A stretch of DNA of 49,103 nucleotides, taken from Paraphysomonas bandaiensis (taxonomy: Eukaryota; Protista; Chrysophyceae). The translations under genes and the position numbers were made by a program. The notes under the pieces are model-generated. The model did not search any database, was not told the DNA's origin, and worked only from the letters and a program-made list of their open reading frames with translations. Positions within the stretch are counted from its first letter, which is position 1, and each line of letters begins with the position of its first letter. Of this stretch, positions 1 to 14,155 are shown piece by piece. The stretch covers positions 1 to 49,103 of the forward strand of contig CBFFRP010000130.1 in NCBI GenBank assembly GCA_965644295.1, in the 5' to 3' direction.

Positions 1-337
1 TATCTCAATAACACTATCTATCCGTGGTGGTTATTATCAAGTTGTGGCTTTTTTGCTTGACACCAAAAGTGTAAGCAGAATGAAAGATGAAGTGAAAAGT
101 CTCCGATACAGTTCATCATCATCGCCTTATGTGTAATGATGCTACCAGTCAAGATACACTCCATGCTACTTGCTTTAGCTATGACACACTACAACTGCCG
201 TGGGAAGTTTTATACTAACAAACTAAAGGTAGTAACAATATAAATATAAGAGATACTTGTTATTATACAATGCAAAATCAACGACACTCAAAATACAAAT
301 GATGAGATTTCTTAATGCGGAGATCACAAACAGGAAA

Positions 338-1699
338 TTAATACTCCTCCCCGAAGTCCTCCTCTTCACCTTCACCCTCAGCGGTCTCGGCACCGACCTC
401 CTCGTAATCCTTCTCCAGTGCAGCAAGATCCTCACGGGCCTCGGAGAACTCTCCCTCCTCCATACCCTCACCAACATACCAGTGGACAAAGGCACGCTTG
501 GCGTACATGAGATCGAACTTATGGTCAATGCGAGAAAGAGCTTCAGCAATAGCCGTGGTGTTGGAAACCATGCAGACAGCGCGCTGAACACGGGCAAGGT
601 CGCCACCAGGGACAACAGTTGGGGGCTGGTAGTTGATACCGCACTTGAATCCAGTGGGGCACCAGTCCACAAACTGAACGGTTCTCTTCGTCTTGATGGT
701 AGCAACAGAGGCATTGACATCCTTAGGGACGACATCTCCTCTGTACATAAGACAACAGGCCATGTACTTGCCATGACGAGGGTCGCACTTTGTCATCATG
801 TTGCTGGGCTCGAACACTGAGTTGGTAATTTCAGCAACAGACAGCTGCTCGTGATATGCCTTCTCAGCAGAGATAATAGGAGCATAAGAGGTAAGCATGA
901 AGTGGATACGAGGGTAGGGCACCAAGTTCGTCTGGAACTCAGAGATATCCACATTCAGTGCACCATCGAAACGAAGAGATGCAGTGAGGGAAGAAACAAC
1001 CTGAGCAATCAGACGGTTCAAGTTAGTGTATGTGGGACGCTCAATATCCAGGTTTCGGCGACAAACGTCGTACAGAGCCTCGTTATCGAGACAGAAGGTG
1101 CAGTCAGTGTGCTCAAGGAGAGAGTGGGTGGAGAGCACATGGTTGTAAGGCTCAACGACAGCAGTAGCCACCTGAGGAGCGGGAGTAACAGTGAAAGAAA
1201 GCTTCGACTTGCGGCCATAGTCCACAGAAAGTCTCTCCAGAAGGAGAGATCCGAGACCAGAACCCGTTCCACCGCCGGTAGCGTGAAAGATCATGAATCC
1301 CTGAAGACCGGTACAGTTGTCAGCAAGCTTGCGCACTCTGTCCAAAACGAGGTCAACAATCTCCTTGCCAATGGTGTAGTGACCTCTAGCGTAGTTGTTG
1401 GCAGCATCCTCCTTGCCACTGATCACCTGCTCAGGGTGGTACAGCTGTCTGTAGGTGCCAGTACGCACCTCGTCACATACACCAGGCTCTAAGTCAACCA
1501 TCACAGCCCTGGGAACGTGCTTGCCGGCACCAGTCTCAGAGAAAAAGGTGTTAAAAGAGTCATCACCACCTCCGACAGTCTTGTCGCTGGGCATCTGGCC
1601 GTCAGGCTGGATTCCGTGCTCGAGGCAGTAAAGTTCCCAGCACCCGTTACCGGCCTGAACACCAGCCTGTCCAATGTGAATAGAGAGACACTCACGCAT
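338..1699 (-). CDS. TUA: Alpha-tubulin, copy 1 (453 aa, intronless)
   Basis: MREC N-terminus, K40 in [15 protein letters not shown] signature, C-terminal EEY. Confidence 0.99.
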   Translation of the reverse strand: MRECLSIHIGQAGVQAGNGCWELYCLEHGIQPDGQMPSDKTVGGGDDSFNTFFSETGAGKHVPRAVMVDLEPGVCDEVRTGTYRQLYHPEQVISGKEDAANNYARGHYTIGKEIVDLVLDRVRKLADNCTGLQGFMIFHATGGGTGSGLGSLLLERLSVDYGRKSKLSFTVTPAPQVATAVVEPYNHVLSTHSLLEHTDCTFCLDNEALYDVCRRNLDIERPTYTNLNRLIAQVVSSLTASLRFDGALNVDISEFQTNLVPYPRIHFMLTSYAPIISAEKAYHEQLSVAEITNSVFEPSNMMTKCDPRHGKYMACCLMYRGDVVPKDVNASVATIKTKRTVQFVDWCPTGFKCGINYQPPTVVPGGDLARVQRAVCMVSNTTAIAEALSRIDHKFDLMYAKRAFVHWYVGEGMEEGEFSEAREDLAALEKDYEEVGAETAEGEGEEEDFGEEY

Positions 1700-2828
1700 G
1701 TTGTTGGTTGTGGTAGAGTAAGTTTACTTGCAAACGTTTGTGCTTTGTCAAGGAAACGAAATAGTGTGTTATGTGGCAGTTGAAATCAACTTCACTGCTC
1801 CATTTTCTAAAAGAGAAACCGATACCTAAAATACCACCAGCATGCATCTTGACCGGACACCAAAATTGAGAACTGAAATCCGAAAAATCCATCACAGTTC
1901 CAGTTCAAGCAAGAAAAACGACAGTCGTTGCGGCTACGACCAAAATATCGCTCAACAATCACTCCAACCTTTCCATTCATAGCTAACGATAGAGCCTATT
2001 TGCTCCGTCGATCTTTGTTACTTCGGATAACGGCACAAATGGGGAACGTTATGAGATGTTAACTAATGTTTTCGTTTGTATTTCGATAAAGTGTAACTAT
2101 CTATATTATTATAAACCTACGACACAGTGTTCATTGTCTCTTATGCGTATCAGTTGGTTAATATAGGCCTATCCATGACAGAGATCGCTCATTCAGTAGA
2201 CATTAGCTGGGTAGTATAGGCTAAGGCACATAGCACATAAAATTGTATATATATGGATCTTGTAAATAATAACCATATCACGCTCTCTAATCTCTTTTGT
2301 TCGTGTTCAAAGGCGATTCTGGCTAAGTAGAACTGAACACAGGAGTGTAAGTTGTTATCATCCTTGTATAATGTACTGGTTCATGTCGGATAGGAAGGCA
2401 GTTGTAGTACACTGTGTATTGTGGGAAGCCAGATACAGTATAAAGTATAAAGCAGTACAATAGAATATAAAACACAATTTCTTATGTATAGTATCTCAAT
2501 AACACTATCTATCCGTGGTGGTTATTATCAAGTTGTGGCTTTTTTGCTTGACACCAAAAGTGTAAGCAGAATGAAAGATGAAGTGAAAAGTCTCCGATAC
2601 AGTTCATCATCATCGCCTTATGTGTAATGATGCTACCAGTCAAGATACACTCCATGCTACTTGCTTTAGCTATGACACACTACAACTGCCGTGGGAAGTT
2701 TTATACTAACAAACTAAAGGTAGTAACAATATAAATATAAGAGATACTTGTTATTATACAATGCAAAATCAACGACACTCAAAATACAAATGATGAGATT
2801 TCTTAATGCGGAGATCACAAACAGGAAA

Positions 2829-4190
2829 TTAATACTCCTCCCCGAAGTCCTCCTCTTCACCTTCACCCTCAGCGGTCTCGGCACCGACCTCCTCGTAATC
2901 CTTCTCCAGTGCAGCAAGATCCTCACGGGCCTCGGAGAACTCTCCCTCCTCCATACCCTCACCAACATACCAGTGGACAAAGGCACGCTTGGCGTACATG
3001 AGATCGAACTTATGGTCAATGCGAGAAAGAGCTTCAGCAATAGCCGTGGTGTTGGAAACCATGCAGACAGCGCGCTGAACACGGGCAAGGTCGCCACCAG
3101 GGACAACAGTTGGGGGCTGGTAGTTGATACCGCACTTGAATCCAGTGGGGCACCAGTCCACAAACTGAACGGTTCTCTTCGTCTTGATGGTAGCAACAGA
3201 GGCATTGACATCCTTAGGGACGACATCTCCTCTGTACATAAGACAACAGGCCATGTACTTGCCATGACGAGGGTCGCACTTTGTCATCATGTTGCTGGGC
3301 TCGAACACTGAGTTGGTAATTTCAGCAACAGACAGCTGCTCGTGATATGCCTTCTCAGCAGAGATAATAGGAGCATAAGAGGTAAGCATGAAGTGGATAC
3401 GAGGGTAGGGCACCAAGTTCGTCTGGAACTCAGAGATATCCACATTCAGTGCACCATCGAAACGAAGAGATGCAGTGAGGGAAGAAACAACCTGAGCAAT
3501 CAGACGGTTCAAGTTAGTGTATGTGGGACGCTCAATATCCAGGTTTCGGCGACAAACGTCGTACAGAGCCTCGTTATCGAGACAGAAGGTGCAGTCAGTG
3601 TGCTCAAGGAGAGAGTGGGTGGAGAGCACATGGTTGTAAGGCTCAACGACAGCAGTAGCCACCTGAGGAGCGGGAGTAACAGTGAAAGAAAGCTTCGACT
3701 TGCGGCCATAGTCCACAGAAAGTCTCTCCAGAAGGAGAGATCCGAGACCAGAACCCGTTCCACCGCCGGTAGCGTGAAAGATCATGAATCCCTGAAGACC
3801 GGTACAGTTGTCAGCAAGCTTGCGCACTCTGTCCAAAACGAGGTCAACAATCTCCTTGCCAATGGTGTAGTGACCTCTAGCGTAGTTGTTGGCAGCATCC
3901 TCCTTGCCACTGATCACCTGCTCAGGGTGGTACAGCTGTCTGTAGGTGCCAGTACGCACCTCGTCACATACACCAGGCTCTAAGTCAACCATCACAGCCC
4001 TGGGAACGTGCTTGCCGGCACCAGTCTCAGAGAAAAAGGTGTTAAAAGAGTCATCACCACCTCCGACAGTCTTGTCGCTGGGCATCTGGCCGTCAGGCTG
4101 GATTCCGTGCTCGAGGCAGTAAAGTTCCCAGCACCCGTTACCGGCCTGAACACCAGCCTGTCCAATGTGAATAGAGAGACACTCACGCAT
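2829..4190 (-). CDS. TUA: Alpha-tubulin, copy 2
   Basis: Same 453-aa translation as copy 1. Confidence 0.99.
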   Translation of the reverse strand: MRECLSIHIGQAGVQAGNGCWELYCLEHGIQPDGQMPSDKTVGGGDDSFNTFFSETGAGKHVPRAVMVDLEPGVCDEVRTGTYRQLYHPEQVISGKEDAANNYARGHYTIGKEIVDLVLDRVRKLADNCTGLQGFMIFHATGGGTGSGLGSLLLERLSVDYGRKSKLSFTVTPAPQVATAVVEPYNHVLSTHSLLEHTDCTFCLDNEALYDVCRRNLDIERPTYTNLNRLIAQVVSSLTASLRFDGALNVDISEFQTNLVPYPRIHFMLTSYAPIISAEKAYHEQLSVAEITNSVFEPSNMMTKCDPRHGKYMACCLMYRGDVVPKDVNASVATIKTKRTVQFVDWCPTGFKCGINYQPPTVVPGGDLARVQRAVCMVSNTTAIAEALSRIDHKFDLMYAKRAFVHWYVGEGMEEGEFSEAREDLAALEKDYEEVGAETAEGEGEEEDFGEEY

Positions 4191-5319
4191 GTTGTTGGTT
4201 GTGGTAGAGTAAGTTTACTTGCAAACGTTTGTGCTTTGTCAAGGAAACGAAATAGTGTGTTATGTGGCAGTTGAAATCAACTTCACTGCTCCATTTTCTA
4301 AAAGAGAAACCGATACCTAAAATACCACCAGCATGCATCTTGACCGGACACCAAAATTGAGAACTGAAATCCGAAAAATCCATCACAGTTCCAGTTCAAG
4401 CAAGAAAAACGACAGTCGTTGCGGCTACGACCAAAATATCGCTCAACAATCACTCCAACCTTTCCATTCATAGCTAACGATAGAGCCTATTTGCTCCGTC
4501 GATCTTTGTTACTTCGGATAACGGCACAAATGGGGAACGTTATGAGATGTTAACTAATGTTTTCGTTTGTATTTCGATAAAGTGTAACTATCTATATTAT
4601 TATAAACCTACGACACAGTGTTCATTGTCTCTTATGCGTATCAGTTGGTTAATATAGGCCTATCCATGACAGAGATCGCTCATTCAGTAGACATTAGCTG
4701 GGTAGTATAGGCTAAGGCACATAGCACATAAAATTGTATATATATGGATCTTGTAAATAATAACCATATCACGCTCTCTAATCTCTTTTGTTCGTGTTCA
4801 AAGGCGATTCTGGCTAAGTAGAACTGAACACAGGAGTGTAAGTTGTTATCATCCTTGTATAATGTACTGGTTCATGTCGGATAGGAAGGCAGTTGTAGTA
4901 CACTGTGTATTGTGGGAAGCCAGATACAGTATAAAGTATAAAGCAGTACAATAGAATATAAAACACAATTTCTTATGTATAGTATCTCAATAACACTATC
5001 TATCCGTGGTGGTTATTATCAAGTTGTGGCTTTTTTGCTTGACACCAAAAGTGTAAGCAGAATGAAAGATGAAGTGAAAAGTCTCCGATACAGTTCATCA
5101 TCATCGCCTTATGTGTAATGATGCTACCAGTCAAGATACACTCCATGCTACTTGCTTTAGCTATGACACACTACAACTGCCGTGGGAAGTTTTATACTAA
5201 CAAACTAAAGGTAGTAACAATATAAATATAAGAGATACTTGTTATTATACAATGCAAAATCAACGACACTCAAAATACAAATGATGAGATTTCTTAATGC
5301 GGAGATCACAAACAGGAAA

Positions 5320-6681
5320 TTAATACTCCTCCCCGAAGTCCTCCTCTTCACCTTCACCCTCAGCGGTCTCGGCACCGACCTCCTCGTAATCCTTCTCCAG
5401 TGCAGCAAGATCCTCACGGGCCTCGGAGAACTCTCCCTCCTCCATACCCTCACCAACATACCAGTGGACAAAGGCACGCTTGGCGTACATGAGATCGAAC
5501 TTATGGTCAATGCGAGAAAGAGCTTCAGCAATAGCCGTGGTGTTGGAAACCATGCAGACAGCGCGCTGAACACGGGCAAGGTCGCCACCAGGGACAACAG
5601 TTGGGGGCTGGTAGTTGATACCGCACTTGAATCCAGTGGGGCACCAGTCCACAAACTGAACGGTTCTCTTCGTCTTGATGGTAGCAACAGAGGCATTGAC
5701 ATCCTTAGGGACGACATCTCCTCTGTACATAAGACAACAGGCCATGTACTTGCCATGACGAGGGTCGCACTTTGTCATCATGTTGCTGGGCTCGAACACT
5801 GAGTTGGTAATTTCAGCAACAGACAGCTGCTCGTGATATGCCTTCTCAGCAGAGATAATAGGAGCATAAGAGGTAAGCATGAAGTGGATACGAGGGTAGG
5901 GCACCAAGTTCGTCTGGAACTCAGAGATATCCACATTCAGTGCACCATCGAAACGAAGAGATGCAGTGAGGGAAGAAACAACCTGAGCAATCAGACGGTT
6001 CAAGTTAGTGTATGTGGGACGCTCAATATCCAGGTTTCGGCGACAAACGTCGTACAGAGCCTCGTTATCGAGACAGAAGGTGCAGTCAGTGTGCTCAAGG
6101 AGAGAGTGGGTGGAGAGCACATGGTTGTAAGGCTCAACGACAGCAGTAGCCACCTGAGGAGCGGGAGTAACAGTGAAAGAAAGCTTCGACTTGCGGCCAT
6201 AGTCCACAGAAAGTCTCTCCAGAAGGAGAGATCCGAGACCAGAACCCGTTCCACCGCCGGTAGCGTGAAAGATCATGAATCCCTGAAGACCGGTACAGTT
6301 GTCAGCAAGCTTGCGCACTCTGTCCAAAACGAGGTCAACAATCTCCTTGCCAATGGTGTAGTGACCTCTAGCGTAGTTGTTGGCAGCATCCTCCTTGCCA
6401 CTGATCACCTGCTCAGGGTGGTACAGCTGTCTGTAGGTGCCAGTACGCACCTCGTCACATACACCAGGCTCTAAGTCAACCATCACAGCCCTGGGAACGT
6501 GCTTGCCGGCACCAGTCTCAGAGAAAAAGGTGTTAAAAGAGTCATCACCACCTCCGACAGTCTTGTCGCTGGGCATCTGGCCGTCAGGCTGGATTCCGTG
6601 CTCGAGGCAGTAAAGTTCCCAGCACCCGTTACCGGCCTGAACACCAGCCTGTCCAATGTGAATAGAGAGACACTCACGCAT
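5320..6681 (-). CDS. TUA: Alpha-tubulin, copy 3
   Basis: Same 453-aa translation as copy 1. Confidence 0.99.
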   Translation of the reverse strand: MRECLSIHIGQAGVQAGNGCWELYCLEHGIQPDGQMPSDKTVGGGDDSFNTFFSETGAGKHVPRAVMVDLEPGVCDEVRTGTYRQLYHPEQVISGKEDAANNYARGHYTIGKEIVDLVLDRVRKLADNCTGLQGFMIFHATGGGTGSGLGSLLLERLSVDYGRKSKLSFTVTPAPQVATAVVEPYNHVLSTHSLLEHTDCTFCLDNEALYDVCRRNLDIERPTYTNLNRLIAQVVSSLTASLRFDGALNVDISEFQTNLVPYPRIHFMLTSYAPIISAEKAYHEQLSVAEITNSVFEPSNMMTKCDPRHGKYMACCLMYRGDVVPKDVNASVATIKTKRTVQFVDWCPTGFKCGINYQPPTVVPGGDLARVQRAVCMVSNTTAIAEALSRIDHKFDLMYAKRAFVHWYVGEGMEEGEFSEAREDLAALEKDYEEVGAETAEGEGEEEDFGEEY

Positions 6682-7810
6682 GTTGTTGGTTGTGGTAGAG
6701 TAAGTTTACTTGCAAACGTTTGTGCTTTGTCAAGGAAACGAAATAGTGTGTTATGTGGCAGTTGAAATCAACTTCACTGCTCCATTTTCTAAAAGAGAAA
6801 CCGATACCTAAAATACCACCAGCATGCATCTTGACCGGACACCAAAATTGAGAACTGAAATCCGAAAAATCCATCACAGTTCCAGTTCAAGCAAGAAAAA
6901 CGACAGTCGTTGCGGCTACGACCAAAATATCGCTCAACAATCACTCCAACCTTTCCATTCATAGCTAACGATAGAGCCTATTTGCTCCGTCGATCTTTGT
7001 TACTTCGGATAACGGCACAAATGGGGAACGTTATGAGATGTTAACTAATGTTTTCGTTTGTATTTCGATAAAGTGTAACTATCTATATTATTATAAACCT
7101 ACGACACAGTGTTCATTGTCTCTTATGCGTATTAGTTGGTTAATATAGGCCTATCCATGACAGAGATCGCTCATTCAGTAGACATTAGCTGGGTAGTATA
7201 GGCTAAGGCACATAGCACATAAAATTGTATATACATGGATCTTGTAAATAATAACCATATCACGCTCTCTAATCTCTTTTGTTCGTGTTCAAAGGCGATT
7301 CTAGCTAAGTAGAACTGAACACAGGAGTGTAAGTTGTTATCATCCTTGTATAATGTACTGGTTCATGTCGGATAGGAAGGCAGTTGTAGTACACTGTGTA
7401 TTGTGGGAAGCCAGATACAGTATAAAGTATAAAGCAGTACAATAGAATATAAAACACAATTTCTTATGTATAGTATCTCAATAACACTATCTATCCGTGG
7501 TGGTTATTATCAAGTTGTGGCTTTTTTGCTTGACACCAAAAGTGTAAGCAGAATGAAAGATGAAGTGAAAAATCTCCGATACAGTTCATCATCATCGCCT
7601 TATGTGTAATGATGCTACCAGTCAAGATACACTCCATGCTACTTGCTTTAGCTATGACACACTACAACTGCCGTGGGAAGTTTTATACTAACAAACTAAA
7701 GGTAGTAACAATATAAATATAAGAGATACTTGTTATTATACAATGCAAAATCAACGACACTCAAAATACAAATGATGAGATTTCTTAATGCGGAGATCAC
7801 AAACAGGAAA

Positions 7811-9172
7811 TTAATACTCCTCCCCGAAGTCCTCCTCTTCACCTTCACCCTCAGCGGTCTCGGCACCGACCTCCTCGTAATCCTTCTCCAGTGCAGCAAG
7901 ATCCTCACGGGCCTCGGAGAACTCTCCCTCCTCCATACCCTCACCAACATACCAGTGGACAAAGGCACGCTTGGCGTACATGAGATCGAACTTATGGTCA
8001 ATGCGAGAAAGAGCTTCAGCAATAGCCGTGGTGTTGGAAACCATGCAGACAGCGCGCTGAACACGGGCAAGGTCGCCACCAGGGACAACAGTTGGGGGCT
8101 GGTAGTTGATACCGCACTTGAATCCAGTGGGGCACCAGTCCACAAACTGAACGGTTCTCTTCGTCTTGATGGTAGCAACAGAGGCATTGACATCCTTAGG
8201 GACGACATCTCCTCTGTACATAAGACAACAGGCCATGTACTTGCCATGACGAGGGTCGCACTTTGTCATCATGTTGCTGGGCTCGAACACTGAGTTGGTA
8301 ATTTCAGCAACAGACAGCTGCTCGTGATAAGCCTTCTCAGCAGAGATAATAGGAGCATAAGAGGTAAGCATGAAGTGGATACGAGGGTAGGGCACCAAGT
8401 TCGTCTGGAACTCAGAGATATCCACATTCAGTGCACCATCGAAACGAAGAGATGCAGTGAGGGAAGAAACAACCTGAGCAATCAGACGGTTCAAGTTAGT
8501 GTATGTGGGACGCTCAATATCCAGGTTTCGGCGACAAACGTCGTACAGAGCCTCGTTATCGAGACAGAAGGTGCAGTCAGTGTGCTCAAGGAGAGAGTGG
8601 GTGGAGAGCACATGGTTGTAAGGCTCAACGACAGCAGTAGCCACCTGAGGAGCGGGAGTAACAGTGAAAGAAAGCTTCGACTTGCGGCCATAGTCCACAG
8701 AAAGTCTCTCCAGAAGGAGAGATCCGAGACCAGAACCCGTTCCACCGCCGGTAGCGTGAAAGATCATGAATCCCTGAAGACCGGTACAGTTGTCAGCAAG
8801 CTTGCGCACTCTGTCCAAAACGAGGTCAACAATCTCCTTGCCAATGGTGTAGTGACCTCTAGCGTAGTTGTTGGCAGCATCCTCCTTGCCACTGATCACC
8901 TGCTCAGGGTGGTACAGCTGTCTGTAGGTGCCAGTACGCACCTCGTCACATACACCAGGCTCTAAGTCAACCATCACAGCCCTGGGAACGTGCTTGCCGG
9001 CACCAGTCTCAGAGAAAAAGGTGTTAAAAGAGTCATCACCACCTCCGACAGTCTTGTCGCTGGGCATCTGGCCGTCAGGCTGGATTCCGTGCTCGAGGCA
9101 GTAAAGTTCCCAGCACCCGTTACCGGCCTGAACACCAGCCTGTCCAATGTGAATAGAGAGACACTCACGCAT
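7811..9172 (-). CDS. TUA: Alpha-tubulin, copy 4
   Basis: Same protein; synonymous T>A (+ strand) at 8330. Confidence 0.99.
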   Translation of the reverse strand: MRECLSIHIGQAGVQAGNGCWELYCLEHGIQPDGQMPSDKTVGGGDDSFNTFFSETGAGKHVPRAVMVDLEPGVCDEVRTGTYRQLYHPEQVISGKEDAANNYARGHYTIGKEIVDLVLDRVRKLADNCTGLQGFMIFHATGGGTGSGLGSLLLERLSVDYGRKSKLSFTVTPAPQVATAVVEPYNHVLSTHSLLEHTDCTFCLDNEALYDVCRRNLDIERPTYTNLNRLIAQVVSSLTASLRFDGALNVDISEFQTNLVPYPRIHFMLTSYAPIISAEKAYHEQLSVAEITNSVFEPSNMMTKCDPRHGKYMACCLMYRGDVVPKDVNASVATIKTKRTVQFVDWCPTGFKCGINYQPPTVVPGGDLARVQRAVCMVSNTTAIAEALSRIDHKFDLMYAKRAFVHWYVGEGMEEGEFSEAREDLAALEKDYEEVGAETAEGEGEEEDFGEEY

Positions 9173-10302
9173 GTTGTTGGTTGTGGTAGAGTAAGTTTAC
9201 TTGCAAACGTTTGTGCTTTGTCAAGGAAACGAAAATAGTGTGTTATGTGGCAGTTGAAATCAACTTCACTGCTCCATTTTCTAAAAGAGAAACCGATACC
9301 TAAAATACCACCAGCATGCATCTTGACCGGACACCAAAATTGAGAACTGAAATCCGAAAAATCCATCACAGTTCCAGTTCAAGCAAGAAAAACGACAGTC
9401 GTTGCGGCTACGACCAAAATATCGCTCAACAATCACTCCAACCTTTCCATTCATAGCTAACGATAGAGCCTATTTGCTCCGTCGATCTTTGTTACTTCGG
9501 ATAACGGCACAAATGGGGAACGTTATGAGATGTTAACTAATGTTTTCGTTTGTATTTCGATAAAGTGTAACTATCTATATTATTATAAACCTACGACACA
9601 GTGTTCATTGTCTCTTATGCGTATTAGTTGGTTAATATAGGCCTATCCATGACAGAGATCGCTCATTCAGTAGACATTAGCTGGGTAGTATAGGCTAAGG
9701 CACATAGCACATAAAATTGTATATACATGGATCTTGTAAATAATAACCATATCACGCTCTCTAATCTCTTTTGTTCGTGTTCAAAGGCGATTCTAGCTAA
9801 GTAGAACTGAACACAGGAGTGTAAGTTGTTATCATCCTTGTATAATGTACTGGTTCATGTCGGATAGGAAGGCAGTTGTAGTACACTGTGTATTGTGGGA
9901 AGCCAGATACAGTATAAAGTATAAAGCAGTACAATAGAATATAAAACACAATTTCTTATGTATAGTATCTCAATAACACTATCTATCCGTGGTGGTTATT
10001 ATCAAGTTGTGGCTTTTTTGCTTGACACCAAAAGTGTAAGCAGAATGAAAGATGAAGTGAAAAATCTCCGATACAGTTCATCATCATCGCCTTATGTGTA
10101 ATGATGCTACCAGTCAAGATACACTCCATGCTACTTGCTTTAGCTATGACACACTACAACTGCCGTGGGAAGTTTTATACTAACAAACTAAAGGTAGTAA
10201 CAATATAAATATAAGAGATACTTGTTATTATACAATGCAAAATCAACGACACTCAAAATACAAATGATGAGATTTCTTAATGCGGAGATCACAAACAGGA
10301 AA

Positions 10303-11664
10303 TTAATACTCCTCCCCGAAGTCCTCCTCTTCACCTTCACCCTCAGCGGTCTCGGCACCGACCTCCTCGTAATCCTTCTCCAGTGCAGCAAGATCCTCAC
10401 GGGCCTCGGAGAACTCTCCCTCCTCCATACCCTCACCAACATACCAGTGGACAAAGGCACGCTTGGCGTACATGAGATCGAACTTATGGTCAATGCGAGA
10501 AAGAGCTTCAGCAATAGCCGTGGTGTTGGAAACCATGCAGACAGCGCGCTGAACACGGGCAAGGTCGCCACCAGGGACAACAGTTGGGGGCTGGTAGTTG
10601 ATACCGCACTTGAATCCAGTGGGGCACCAGTCCACAAACTGAACGGTTCTCTTCGTCTTGATGGTAGCAACAGAGGCATTGACATCCTTAGGGACGACAT
10701 CTCCTCTGTACATAAGACAACAGGCCATGTACTTGCCATGACGAGGGTCGCACTTTGTCATCATGTTGCTGGGCTCGAACACTGAGTTGGTAATTTCAGC
10801 AACAGACAGCTGCTCGTGATAAGCCTTCTCAGCAGAGATAATAGGAGCATAAGAGGTAAGCATGAAGTGGATACGAGGGTAGGGCACCAAGTTCGTCTGG
10901 AACTCAGAGATATCCACATTCAGTGCACCATCGAAACGAAGAGATGCAGTGAGGGAAGAAACAACCTGAGCAATCAGACGGTTCAAGTTAGTGTATGTGG
11001 GACGCTCAATATCCAGGTTTCGGCGACAAACGTCGTACAGAGCCTCGTTATCGAGACAGAAGGTGCAGTCAGTGTGCTCAAGGAGAGAGTGGGTGGAGAG
11101 CACATGGTTGTAAGGCTCAACGACAGCAGTAGCCACCTGAGGAGCGGGAGTAACAGTGAAAGAAAGCTTCGACTTGCGGCCATAGTCCACAGAAAGTCTC
11201 TCCAGAAGGAGAGATCCGAGACCAGAACCCGTTCCACCGCCGGTAGCGTGAAAGATCATGAATCCCTGAAGACCGGTACAGTTGTCAGCAAGCTTGCGCA
11301 CTCTGTCCAAAACGAGGTCAACAATCTCCTTGCCAATGGTGTAGTGACCTCTAGCGTAGTTGTTGGCAGCATCCTCCTTGCCACTGATCACCTGCTCAGG
11401 GTGGTACAGCTGTCTGTAGGTGCCAGTACGCACCTCGTCACATACACCAGGCTCTAAGTCAACCATCACAGCCCTGGGAACGTGCTTGCCGGCACCAGTC
11501 TCAGAGAAAAAGGTGTTAAAAGAGTCATCACCACCTCCGACAGTCTTGTCGCTGGGCATCTGGCCGTCAGGCTGGATTCCGTGCTCGAGGCAGTAAAGTT
11601 CCCAGCACCCGTTACCGGCCTGAACACCAGCCTGTCCAATGTGAATAGAGAGACACTCACGCAT
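10303..11664 (-). CDS. TUA: Alpha-tubulin, copy 5
   Basis: Same protein; carries the copy-4 synonymous variant (10822). Confidence 0.99.
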   Translation of the reverse strand: MRECLSIHIGQAGVQAGNGCWELYCLEHGIQPDGQMPSDKTVGGGDDSFNTFFSETGAGKHVPRAVMVDLEPGVCDEVRTGTYRQLYHPEQVISGKEDAANNYARGHYTIGKEIVDLVLDRVRKLADNCTGLQGFMIFHATGGGTGSGLGSLLLERLSVDYGRKSKLSFTVTPAPQVATAVVEPYNHVLSTHSLLEHTDCTFCLDNEALYDVCRRNLDIERPTYTNLNRLIAQVVSSLTASLRFDGALNVDISEFQTNLVPYPRIHFMLTSYAPIISAEKAYHEQLSVAEITNSVFEPSNMMTKCDPRHGKYMACCLMYRGDVVPKDVNASVATIKTKRTVQFVDWCPTGFKCGINYQPPTVVPGGDLARVQRAVCMVSNTTAIAEALSRIDHKFDLMYAKRAFVHWYVGEGMEEGEFSEAREDLAALEKDYEEVGAETAEGEGEEEDFGEEY

Positions 11665-12793
11665 GTTGTTGGTTGTGGTAGAGTAAGTTTACTTGCAAAC
11701 GTTTGTGCTTTGTCAAGGAAACGAAATAGTGTGTTATGTGGCAGTTGAAATCAACTTCACTGCTCCATTTTCTAAAAGAGAAACCGATACCTAAAATACC
11801 ACCAGCATGCATCTTGACCGGACACCAAAATTGAGAACTGAAATCCGAAAAATCCATCACAGTTCCAGTTCAAGCAAGAAAAACGACAGTCGTTGCGGCT
11901 ACGACCAAAATATCGCTCAACAATCACTCCAACCTTTCCATTCATAGCTAACGATAGAGCCTATTTGCTCCGTCGATCTTTGTTACTTCGGATAACGGCA
12001 CAAATGGGGAACGTTATGAGATGTTAACTAATGTTTTCGTTTGTATTTCGATAAAGTGTAACTATCTATATTATTATAAACCTACGACACAGTGTTCATT
12101 GTCTCTTATGCGTATTAGTTGGTTAATATAGGCCTATCCATGACAGAGATCGCTCATTCAGTAGACATTAGCTGGGTAGTATAGGCTAAGGCACATAGCA
12201 CATAAAATTGTATATACATGGATCTTGTAAATAATAACCATATCACGCTCTCTAATCTCTTTTGTTCGTGTTCAAAGGCGATTCTAGCTAAGTAGAACTG
12301 AACACAGGAGTGTAAGTTGTTATCATCCTTGTATAATGTACTGGTTCATGTCGGATAGGAAGGCAGTTGTAGTACACTGTGTATTGTGGGAAGCCAGATA
12401 CAGTATAAAGTATAAAGCAGTACAATAGAATATAAAACACAATTTCTTATGTATAGTATCTCAATAACACTATCTATCCGTGGTGGTTATTATCAAGTTG
12501 TGGCTTTTTTGCTTGACACCAAAAGTGTAAGCAGAATGAAAGATGAAGTGAAAAATCTCCGATACAGTTCATCATCATCGCCTTATGTGTAATGATGCTA
12601 CCAGTCAAGATACACTCCATGCTACTTGCTTTAGCTATGACACACTACAACTGCCGTGGGAAGTTTTATACTAACAAACTAAAGGTAGTAACAATATAAA
12701 TATAAGAGATACTTGTTATTATACAATGCAAAATCAACGACACTCAAAATACAAATGATGAGATTTCTTAATGCGGAGATCACAAACAGGAAA

Positions 12794-14155
12794 TTAATAC
12801 TCCTCCCCGAAGTCCTCCTCTTCACCTTCACCCTCAGCGGTCTCGGCACCGACCTCCTCGTAATCCTTCTCCAGTGCAGCAAGATCCTCACGGGCCTCGG
12901 AGAACTCTCCCTCCTCCATACCCTCACCAACATACCAGTGGACAAAGGCACGCTTGGCGTACATGAGATCGAACTTATGGTCAATGCGAGAAAGAGCTTC
13001 AGCAATAGCCGTGGTGTTGGAAACCATGCAGACAGCGCGCTGAACACGGGCAAGGTCGCCACCAGGGACAACAGTTGGGGGCTGGTAGTTGATACCGCAC
13101 TTGAATCCAGTGGGGCACCAGTCCACAAACTGAACGGTTCTCTTCGTCTTGATGGTAGCAACAGAGGCATTGACATCCTTAGGGACGACATCTCCTCTGT
13201 ACATAAGACAACAGGCCATGTACTTGCCATGACGAGGGTCGCACTTTGTCATCATGTTGCTGGGCTCGAACACTGAGTTGGTAATTTCAGCAACAGACAG
13301 CTGCTCGTGATAAGCCTTCTCAGCAGAGATAATAGGAGCATAAGAGGTAAGCATGAAGTGGATACGAGGGTAGGGCACCAAGTTCGTCTGGAACTCAGAG
13401 ATATCCACATTCAGTGCACCATCGAAACGAAGAGATGCAGTGAGGGAAGAAACAACCTGAGCAATCAGACGGTTCAAGTTAGTGTATGTGGGACGCTCAA
13501 TATCCAGGTTTCGGCGACAAACGTCGTACAGAGCCTCGTTATCGAGACAGAAGGTGCAGTCAGTGTGCTCAAGGAGAGAGTGGGTGGAGAGCACATGGTT
13601 GTAAGGCTCAACGACAGCAGTAGCCACCTGAGGAGCGGGAGTAACAGTGAAAGAAAGCTTCGACTTGCGGCCATAGTCCACAGAAAGTCTCTCCAGAAGG
13701 AGAGATCCGAGACCAGAACCCGTTCCACCGCCGGTAGCGTGAAAGATCATGAATCCCTGAAGACCGGTACAGTTGTCAGCAAGCTTGCGCACTCTGTCCA
13801 AAACGAGGTCAACAATCTCCTTGCCAATGGTGTAGTGACCTCTAGCGTAGTTGTTGGCAGCATCCTCCTTGCCACTGATCACCTGCTCAGGGTGGTACAG
13901 CTGTCTGTAGGTGCCAGTACGCACCTCGTCACATACACCAGGCTCTAAGTCAACCATCACAGCCCTGGGAACGTGCTTGCCGGCACCAGTCTCAGAGAAA
14001 AAGGTGTTAAAAGAGTCATCACCACCTCCGACAGTCTTGTCGCTGGGCATCTGGCCGTCAGGCTGGATTCCATGCTCGAGGCAGTAAAGTTCCCAGCACC
14101 CGTTACCGGCCTGAACACCAGCCTGTCCAATGTGAATAGAGAGACACTCACGCAT
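12794..14155 (-). CDS. TUA: Alpha-tubulin, copy 6
   Basis: Same protein; extra private synonymous G>A at 14072 (His28). Confidence 0.99.
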   Translation of the reverse strand: MRECLSIHIGQAGVQAGNGCWELYCLEHGIQPDGQMPSDKTVGGGDDSFNTFFSETGAGKHVPRAVMVDLEPGVCDEVRTGTYRQLYHPEQVISGKEDAANNYARGHYTIGKEIVDLVLDRVRKLADNCTGLQGFMIFHATGGGTGSGLGSLLLERLSVDYGRKSKLSFTVTPAPQVATAVVEPYNHVLSTHSLLEHTDCTFCLDNEALYDVCRRNLDIERPTYTNLNRLIAQVVSSLTASLRFDGALNVDISEFQTNLVPYPRIHFMLTSYAPIISAEKAYHEQLSVAEITNSVFEPSNMMTKCDPRHGKYMACCLMYRGDVVPKDVNASVATIKTKRTVQFVDWCPTGFKCGINYQPPTVVPGGDLARVQRAVCMVSNTTAIAEALSRIDHKFDLMYAKRAFVHWYVGEGMEEGEFSEAREDLAALEKDYEEVGAETAEGEGEEEDFGEEY

